Of a stretch of DNA of 32,000 nt, positions 26,178 to 32,000 are shown piece by piece. Under the pieces are notes generated by a model that saw only the letters and a list, made by a program, of their open reading frames with translations, searched no databases and was not told the origin of the DNA. This stretch comes from Akkermansia muciniphila ATCC BAA-835 (GTDB lineage: Bacteria > Verrucomicrobiota > Verrucomicrobiia > Verrucomicrobiales > Akkermansiaceae): NCBI RefSeq assembly GCF_000020225.1, contig NC_010655.1, forward strand, positions 540,001 to 572,000. Reading direction: 5' to 3'. How positions within the stretch are numbered: the first letter of the stretch is position 1; each line of letters starts with the position of its first letter. The translations under genes were made by a program, and so were the position numbers.

Positions 26178-27131
26178 CTAATCCCCGCCCCTGGACAGGG
26201 GGCGTTCCAGTTCCTCCCGGAATTTGGGAAAGAACTCCTTCAATTCCCCGGAAACCTTCGGATATTCCAGCCTCATCTCCGCCAGGGCCTCCACAATGGC
26301 GCACATGCAGACAAGCCGGGAATACCATTTGTTGTCCGCCGGCACCACATACCATGGAGCCTCCCGGGAAGAAGTATGGCGTATCATCTCCTCATACGCT
26401 TTCTGGTACTGGTCCCAGAATTCGCGTTCGTGAATATCCCCTTCAGAAAACTTCCAATTTTTGTCCGGAGTATCCAGCCGTGCCAAAAGGCGCTTTCTCT
26501 GTTCCTCTGGGGAAAGGTTGAGGAATATTTTCACAATGCTCGTCCTGTTGGCGAGCAGGTGGCGTTCCAGGTTATTGATGGACCTGAACCTCTCCTCCCA
26601 GAAAGCACTCTTGGCATGGGAGGGATTAAATCCCTCCCCGGCCAGAAACTCCGGATGCACGCGCACGCTAAGGACTTCTTCATAATAGGAACGGTTGAAA
26701 ATGCCAATCATCCCCCGCCTGGGGAGGCGTGCTACGCACCGCCACAGGAAATCATGGCTCCGTTCCAGCGTGGAAGGCTGCTTGAAGCTGCTGACTACGC
26801 ACCCTTGCGGATTGACGCCTCCCATCACATGCTTCACAATGCCATCCTTTCCCGCGCTGTCCATCGCCTGCAGCACCACCAGCAGCGCATGAGACTCGCT
26901 GGCATACAATACTTCCTGAAGCTGCTCCAGCAATTCGATGCCCTTTTCCAGCTTATCCACAGCCTCTTTCTTGCTGTCTTTGCCCAGCTTGCCGAGATCG
27001 CCGGGATCATAGCGGGACAACTTGAATCCCCTGCCGTCCGTCACCCGGTACGGTTCAATAAATTTCCTGCATCTTTTGACCAGGCGGGAAGAAATATCCA
27101 TCATTTCTATAATGACACTGTCTCTTCTCAA
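26178..27131 (-). CDS. PPK2-family polyphosphate:nucleotide phosphotransferase (stand-alone paralog)
   Basis: LLVVLQAMDSAGKDG, HDFLWRCV and FNRSYYEEVL blocks, collinear with the C-terminal half of the 15713..17056 fusion. The start may be the internal MMDISS (27104). Confidence 0.85.
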   Translation of the reverse strand: MRRDSVIIEMMDISSRLVKRCRKFIEPYRVTDGRGFKLSRYDPGDLGKLGKDSKKEAVDKLEKGIELLEQLQEVLYASESHALLVVLQAMDSAGKDGIVKHVMGGVNPQGCVVSSFKQPSTLERSHDFLWRCVARLPRRGMIGIFNRSYYEEVLSVRVHPEFLAGEGFNPSHAKSAFWEERFRSINNLERHLLANRTSIVKIFLNLSPEEQRKRLLARLDTPDKNWKFSEGDIHEREFWDQYQKAYEEMIRHTSSREAPWYVVPADNKWYSRLVCMCAIVEALAEMRLEYPKVSGELKEFFPKFREELERPLSRGGD

Positions 27132-27155
27132 AATGTTGAAACAACAGCAAAAACA

Positions 27156-28616
27156 TCAATACCCCTCTCGTTGGGAGATTCCACCCCGCCGATAGATGAC
27201 AAACCCCCGGCATAATTCGGAACGTTCATACTTGCCGGAAGACTCTATGGGCTGGAGAAAAGCAGCATAATCGGATGGCCGGGAAACTACGATCACCTTA
27301 TAATCAGACCATTTGTCCTTTAACGGGCCGGGAATCCATCCATAAAACTCCTTTCCGGCCCCATTGCATAAAAGTAAAATGTCAACATGACTGCTCTGCA
27401 ATAATTTGCAATAAGATACCGCAGAGCGGAAATCTTCACGGCCATACAAATCATTGCAACGAATACGAATATCGCTCACCGCCCAAACAATCATCATTAA
27501 TAGGAACAGGATAGTTTGGGCAATCCTGGGGAACGACCAATCCCATGACGCCACCAGGGACCAGGCCAGACACAATACAGGCAATAACGGCGCGCAATGC
27601 CGTCCGGAAAAACGGAAATCCATCATTTCCGTTCCATAAAGGAATACGGCCCCTGGAAGCAATATCAACACCAGCAAAGCAGGAACCAAGGGCCTCTCAG
27701 CCCGCTTATTCCACAAAATGATGCCGCAGGCAGAACCGGCCAGAAGAATGGCGCCGGAGATCATCCCTGCCCCCAATCCGTTCATATTCCATAAAGCATC
27801 AGGAGTCATGCACATCCTCAATTCTAGACGGGAAGGCCCCATGCCGGCCAATCCCGATAACTCGTACATGGAAGCGCATGCATTGACTATCCAGGAGGAA
27901 GATATGGAAACCGCACGGGCGCCCAAGAAAAGAGTGTAAAGATAATATGCTCCCAACCCGGAAAATGGAAAAATCCACCAGAGCAGGGCTCGCCGAAACC
28001 TCCGCCCTCCAAACTGCCGGAATGCCATGACCATGAATGCCGCGGCAAAACCGAGCGCCCATACAACCCCTGTCAGGCTTGTAAGACATAAAAAAAACAG
28101 AGAACCAAAAAAAACATGGAATTTTACCGGTTCTCCCCGGCTAACCTGCCAAAACAACATGGAGACAGCGCAAGAGGCCGCTATCTGCAACATATAGGGC
28201 CGCAACTCGTTAGAATAATAAACAAAAAACGGTGAAATCAAAAGAATCACCAGCGCCTTTGGTTCCTTTCTGAAAAACCAGGATGATAAAAATACCCAGA
28301 ATATATTAAATAACCTCAGCATCCATTCAGACTCCGCACCCGTCAGATGATGCCACAAAAATAAAAGGTAGTAATAAAAGGCCATTTGAGCATCGCTACC
28401 GCCAATTTCACAAATCTTCTTCCAACATCCCTCCATTCCCTGCTGCATGGCGCACAATGCAGTACAACATTCATCAATCCAAAAACTTTGGTTATTCAGG
28501 GAAAAAAAGAAAGACAAAAAAGGTAAAATCCACCAATATTTGATGCCCCCGTCATTGCCTTCCGCCGCCCTCTTTTGTCCCCTGCACATAGTGCAAGGCA
28601 ACATAGCGGATTGCAT
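27156..28616 (-). CDS. GT-C fold membrane glycosyltransferase (PMT_2/ArnT/GT39-like)
   Basis: About 11-12 hydrophobic segments. The first-loop acidic motif FWIDE, LRLFNIFW and SNELRPYML blocks are typical of the family. There is a soluble C-terminal ~100 aa. By eye it is more AT-rich than its flanks. It contains two A8/T8 tracts (28090-28097 and 28107-28114). Confidence 0.65.
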   Translation of the reverse strand: MQSAMLPCTMCRGQKRAAEGNDGGIKYWWILPFLSFFFSLNNQSFWIDECCTALCAMQQGMEGCWKKICEIGGSDAQMAFYYYLLFLWHHLTGAESEWMLRLFNIFWVFLSSWFFRKEPKALVILLISPFFVYYSNELRPYMLQIAASCAVSMLFWQVSRGEPVKFHVFFGSLFFLCLTSLTGVVWALGFAAAFMVMAFRQFGGRRFRRALLWWIFPFSGLGAYYLYTLFLGARAVSISSSWIVNACASMYELSGLAGMGPSRLELRMCMTPDALWNMNGLGAGMISGAILLAGSACGIILWNKRAERPLVPALLVLILLPGAVFLYGTEMMDFRFSGRHCAPLLPVLCLAWSLVASWDWSFPRIAQTILFLLMMIVWAVSDIRIRCNDLYGREDFRSAVSYCKLLQSSHVDILLLCNGAGKEFYGWIPGPLKDKWSDYKVIVVSRPSDYAAFLQPIESSGKYERSELCRGFVIYRRGGISQREGY

Positions 28617-28778
28617 ATCCGCCGCCTGCTTTTTTACAGGAAGAAATCACATATCCATATGAATATCAATAGATAAATATGAAAATAGATTTGTTTTTTC
28701 TTCTTATCTCTGCAACTTTGAAAAGTTATTGATGTTTTTATCTTAGAAAAATATGTTGCCACCGGATATGCAATCCGC
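28606..28778. repeat. perfect 16-bp inverted repeat pair bracketing a 141-bp AT-rich segment
   Basis: GCGGATTGCATATCCG (28606-28621) is the exact reverse complement of CGGATATGCAATCCGC (28763-28778). The left arm contains the ATG (rc of 28614-28616) of the GT-C gene. Extra CATATCC/GGATAT(G/T) half-sites lie at 28650-28656 and 28798-28804. Confidence 0.9.
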
Positions 28779-28820
28779 AAAAAAATGTTGTTTATACGGA
28801 TATTGCGTAAAATAAAAAAC

Positions 28821-31112
28821 TTATCCACCAAAGCGGACCTGATCTGATGGGGTATTTTCCAGCTTGCAGTCCTCAAGGGTCCATGTGCGGGGAGGCAGCA
28901 CCTTGTTATCTTTAATCAGAATATTGGCGCATCTTCTGAATTGGAAAGGTTTCTGCCCCCATCCCTTAAACTCGTCATTGTAAATGACCTTATTATTGAT
29001 GAACTTGAGGTTGTCCGTGGAAATGGCGAACAGCAGCGGCACATCGAACGTCTTGAAAACATTATTTTCTATCAGCACATTGCGATGATAGTAATCCCTC
29101 TGCCTGTCCAGCTGCTTGACTTCCGGGTAAATGGAAATGATGGCATTCGTAAACTGGTAACGCGAGGTCAGGTTGTTAATGAATGTATTTTTGCGGATCA
29201 CCACTTCATGGCAGGCGCCGCTTTCATACCACCCCTGGGCATCCCCTGCCAATAGAATGGCGGAGCCGGAGGAATGGTCAAACAAATTGCCCTCCACCAG
29301 CACTCTCTCCGGCGTTGTAAAAAGAGATCCTCTGGCACGGTTGTTGCGGACGATATTGTTGCGGAAAACCACGGAAGGGTAAAAATCCGCATTCTCCACG
29401 GCATCCCCGGCCCTGACGGAGGAGGGGAGCGGCTCTTCCACCGTAATCACCATCTCCGCGGAATTCTTTTTCACTGCCGTCTTCACAGTGGCCGTTCCGC
29501 CGGGTTCCAGCGTAGGACCGTTGATGAAACGGATTTTTTCACCGGGAAGAAACACCTCAAACCCCACCGCCTGCCGATGCATGTATTTGCACTTCAGGGT
29601 ATGGCTGTCCACTACTTCCATCACGCCCAGGCAGGTGGAATGAACATTGATGGCATCATCCATCATCCCTTCGAACAGGGCTTTCTCCACCACGATTCCG
29701 CCCCGGGTATTGGAAAAATGGGTTGCGTCCGCTCCGGCGGTGTGTACGCGCCCTGTGCCTTTCCTGACCATGACTCCGCCGCCTTTCATATGAAAGTCCT
29801 CCGATCGCTGGACCAGCAGGGCCATGCCTGAGCTCTGGTGCAGAGATACGTCATTCAGTGATGTTTTCCGAGCCCGGTACACCACGCATCCCGGATGGGG
29901 GCGGTTATAATTCCGAAGAACCAGCGTATCCCCCGGCTTGATTCCCTTCTGCCTGAGGTTCCAGGACAGACGGAGACGGCTCCCGCCCAGCGGCTCCACA
30001 TGCCCGTTCCAGCCGATGTCCGATGTATTGGCGATAATATGTCCCGTCCCTTTCTCAAAGGCCATGCAGCTTCCCATTCCTTCTTCCCAGCCTTTCCCCT
30101 GGAAAACGAACCTGTTGTTCCGGATTTCGTAAGGGTAGGCCTTTTTGTCTATTTCCACTTCCGTGAACCGGTCATCCGTCTTCACGACGCGCGCCTCCGT
30201 GCACCAGGACCGTTCGTAATCCACGGATAAACGGTTGATGCTGACATTTTCGCTGTCCATCACCAGGAGGGGAACCACCTTGCCGTGAAAAAGAAACAGG
30301 GAACCATTGCCCTCCACGCGGACATTCCGCAAATCGGCCAGAGGCACACACACCGGATGAATCAGCGGCTGGTCATGGTTGGAAATATGGAAACTCATGT
30401 TCAAAGCCCCCTCCGGATAAAAATGGTAAATGCCTCTGGGGATGTTCAAAACGCCCCCGCCCTGCCTCCGGAGAGCGGAAACGGCAGCCCGCAGCGCCGG
30501 CCCCTGATCTTTTCTGACGCCGGGAACCATGCCGAATTCAGAGGCATTCACCACAGCTCCCTTCATCCCCTGCCCACTTCCTGTCGTCTTCCAGGCCAGA
30601 TCTACCCAGTCCGCATGGTCGTAAGAATTATTGTCCACCCGGTCGGCCATCAGGTAAAGATGCCGTATGCCGTTTTCCGCCACCGGAATGGAAAACTTCT
30701 TCGCGGCCATCCCCCTCCTCATCACGCCGGAACTCCATAAAACCTCGGACCCGCTCATCACGCGGAATTCCACGCTTCCGTCTCCATCCGCACCGTCATC
30801 AATTCCGCATGCACCTTCCAGCCTCAAAACTTTCGGGTTTTCCGGAACGGGCAGGGGAATCATGGACGTAGCGTGCGTACCGATTCCCGTGGCATATTTT
30901 TTGCCGCCTATGCTCAACCCCGCATTACTGAAAGACCGGTCCAACCGGGTTTCCCCCGTCTCCTGGCGAGTCATCAGCAGGCTGGAGGCAGGAACTTTTA
31001 CGGCTATGGTTCCGGATTGGGCAGCTTTTTCCTCGCCCTGGGACTGTGCCGGGAATAATCCCGCCAAACACGCTGCAACTACAAAACTCCATGAAAACAT
31101 CCGGCTGAACAT
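28821..31112 (-). CDS. secreted glycoside hydrolase: N-terminal NPCBM (CBM51-like) module plus a right-handed beta-helix catalytic region, probably GH110 alpha-1,3-galactosidase
   Basis: I prefer the ATG at 31112 (MFSRMFSWSFVVAACLAGLFPAQSQG, a signal peptide) over the track start at 31205. The NPCBM-like block is GLSIGGKKYATGIGTHATSMIPL...GACGIDDGADGDGSVEFRVMSGSEVLWSSG. Then VVNASEFGMVPGVRKDQGPALRAAV...LNIPRGIYHFY and repeated PbH1-like beta-helix turns, as in GH110 enzymes. The family call is from memory of the architecture only. Confidence 0.6.
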   Translation of the reverse strand: MFSRMFSWSFVVAACLAGLFPAQSQGEEKAAQSGTIAVKVPASSLLMTRQETGETRLDRSFSNAGLSIGGKKYATGIGTHATSMIPLPVPENPKVLRLEGACGIDDGADGDGSVEFRVMSGSEVLWSSGVMRRGMAAKKFSIPVAENGIRHLYLMADRVDNNSYDHADWVDLAWKTTGSGQGMKGAVVNASEFGMVPGVRKDQGPALRAAVSALRRQGGGVLNIPRGIYHFYPEGALNMSFHISNHDQPLIHPVCVPLADLRNVRVEGNGSLFLFHGKVVPLLVMDSENVSINRLSVDYERSWCTEARVVKTDDRFTEVEIDKKAYPYEIRNNRFVFQGKGWEEGMGSCMAFEKGTGHIIANTSDIGWNGHVEPLGGSRLRLSWNLRQKGIKPGDTLVLRNYNRPHPGCVVYRARKTSLNDVSLHQSSGMALLVQRSEDFHMKGGGVMVRKGTGRVHTAGADATHFSNTRGGIVVEKALFEGMMDDAINVHSTCLGVMEVVDSHTLKCKYMHRQAVGFEVFLPGEKIRFINGPTLEPGGTATVKTAVKKNSAEMVITVEEPLPSSVRAGDAVENADFYPSVVFRNNIVRNNRARGSLFTTPERVLVEGNLFDHSSGSAILLAGDAQGWYESGACHEVVIRKNTFINNLTSRYQFTNAIISIYPEVKQLDRQRDYYHRNVLIENNVFKTFDVPLLFAISTDNLKFINNKVIYNDEFKGWGQKPFQFRRCANILIKDNKVLPPRTWTLEDCKLENTPSDQVRFGG

Positions 31113-31229
31113 ATTTTTTATACTCTGTTCCCGTATTCCTTCTATCAGAAAAAATATGGATCGTCCAGAAGCTTCCATCAGAGAAAAAGAGAGATTGCCT
31201 TCCATACCGAATTCAGGGACACTGTCTCC

Positions 31230-31697
31230 ATGCGATCAGCATTCTTCCTACTGCCCGGCATCCTGCCGGCTCTTTCCGCCTGCGGGCGCGGAGGCGCCAC
31301 GCTTGAAACGGATAACGTCCAGGCGGAATGGTTCCCCAACGGCAGCAGAACGGCGATTGTCCTGGAAGGGGAAAGCGAACCCGTTTCCGAACGGGAAATC
31401 CGGCATCCCCATTCCGGCATGACTCTTTTTTACCATTCGCTGGGGGACGGCAGAGGAACTTTGGAAATCGCAGGAGGGGTTCCGGAAACGGCTACAGTAA
31501 CATACAACCAGGGAGCGGCTTCCACGGAGCTGCATTTCAAAACGGCCTCCAGGGAAATACTTCTGAATGACGTACGCCGCCCGGACGCGAACGAAAAAAC
31601 GGCCTTCCTGAATGGCTGGAGCTGCCAGGAACGGGGCACAGCCCTGCTCCGTTCCGGGACAACCGGAGCCATGACCACGGAAAAAAACGTCCCATGA
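31230..31697 (+). CDS. small lipoprotein, function unknown
   Basis: MRSAFFLLPGILPALSACG, a signal peptide with lipobox. 155 aa. Its stop overlaps the next gene's start (ATGA at 31694-31697). Confidence 0.55.
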   Translation: MRSAFFLLPGILPALSACGRGGATLETDNVQAEWFPNGSRTAIVLEGESEPVSEREIRHPHSGMTLFYHSLGDGRGTLEIAGGVPETATVTYNQGAASTELHFKTASREILLNDVRRPDANEKTAFLNGWSCQERGTALLRSGTTGAMTTEKNVP

Positions 31698-32000
31698 ATC
31701 TTCTGAGGATACTGAAAACGGGAACATGGAAAATCCCGTGCGCACTTCTGCTTGCCGGGGTTCTGGCTCTGGCATGCGTCCAGTGTTCCGTCCGTTCCCT
31801 AGTGTACCTGCCGCCCCAACCCAAGGACAAAACCGCGTATCTGGAAAAACGTGCCGCCTGGGAACCGCATCGGCGCACCTTCCACCATAATGGGGCCAAA
31901 CTCAGCGGATGGCTTATTGAAAAAAAGGGGCAGCCCCTCCTAGTATATTACGGAGGGAACGCCATGGATATTTCCATGATGCTTCCCTACCTGGACCGTT
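31694..32000 (+). CDS. alpha/beta hydrolase family protein (N-terminal part; continues past the right edge)
   Basis: My translation is MNLLRILKTGTWKIPCALLLAGVLALACVQCS...HHNGAKLSGWLIEKKGQPLLVYYGGNAMDIS. This is an N-terminal anchor followed by the beta-strand/oxyanion-region pattern (LLVYYGGNA) seen in BEM46/YheT-like hydrolases. Truncated by the window. Confidence 0.5.
   Translation, partial: MNLLRILKTGTWKIPCALLLAGVLALACVQCSVRSLVYLPPQPKDKTAYLEKRAAWEPHRRTFHHNGAKLSGWLIEKKGQPLLVYYGGNAMDISMMLPYLDR

Noticed and set aside
28634-28876. An 80-aa minus-strand ORF in the AT-rich spacer, and a 15-codon + strand mini-ORF at 28768..28815 (MQSAKKCCLYGYCVK) created by the inverted duplication of the GT start.
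   Set aside because: The 80-aa ORF is Ile/Phe/Lys/Asn-rich, as expected from AT-rich non-coding DNA, and overlaps the 3' end of the GH110-like gene. The mini-ORF has no supporting signal. I mention it only as a consequence of the inverted repeat.
1-32000. A whole-window look for IS elements, integrases, phage genes, CRISPR repeats, rRNA/tRNA genes and known defence-system hallmarks.
   Set aside because: No transposase or integrase motifs, no regularly spaced direct repeats and no RNA gene signatures were recognised. The helicase, Nudix, GNAT and RelE-like genes are dispersed among housekeeping genes rather than forming a defence-island-like cluster.

Overview
About 32 kb of densely coding bacterial chromosome, roughly mid-50s % GC by eye, with about 31 CDSs. 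Gene content suggests a mucin-associated Verrucomicrobium (Akkermansia-like): sialate O-acetylesterase, an SGNH esterase, and a GH110-like alpha-galactosidase with an NPCBM module. That taxonomic call is inference from motif recognition only. All family calls come from motifs I read in the translations; no searches were run.

Gene order, left to right:
- truncated DEAD-box helicase (-)
- membrane protein
- two secreted esterases
- DoxX
- purM-purF
- ECF sigma / putative anti-sigma / PDZ protein with a degenerate protease domain
- a tightly packed + strand run: RelE/ParE-like ORF, stand-alone coaC, lipoprotein, M23 peptidase, 884-aa TPR protein, Nudix-PPK2 fusion
- a 215-bp AT-rich region, then an orphan DeoR regulator
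- GNAT (-) and cysteine desulfurase (-)
- stand-alone coaB, rsgA, tandem retropepsin-like protease
- waaA-rsmD-hypothetical operon (-)
- lipoprotein
- second PPK2 (-), lower-GC GT-C glycosyltransferase (-), GH110-like enzyme (-)
- lipoprotein and a truncated alpha/beta hydrolase

I found no rRNA, tRNA, CRISPR array, transposase, integrase or obvious prophage or defence island.

The items most worth follow-up:
1. An RppH-like Nudix domain fused in-frame to a PPK2 polyphosphate kinase, with a second PPK2 paralog 9 kb away.
2. A 16-bp perfect inverted repeat bracketing a 141-bp AT-rich segment. One arm covers the start codon of the GT-C glycosyltransferase. This is either an invertible switch or start-codon sequestration.
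3. A G10 homopolymer between the two lobes of a tandem retropepsin-like protease.
4. An ECF sigma module whose PDZ partner seems to lack the serine-protease nucleophile.

None of these is proven to be a new system.
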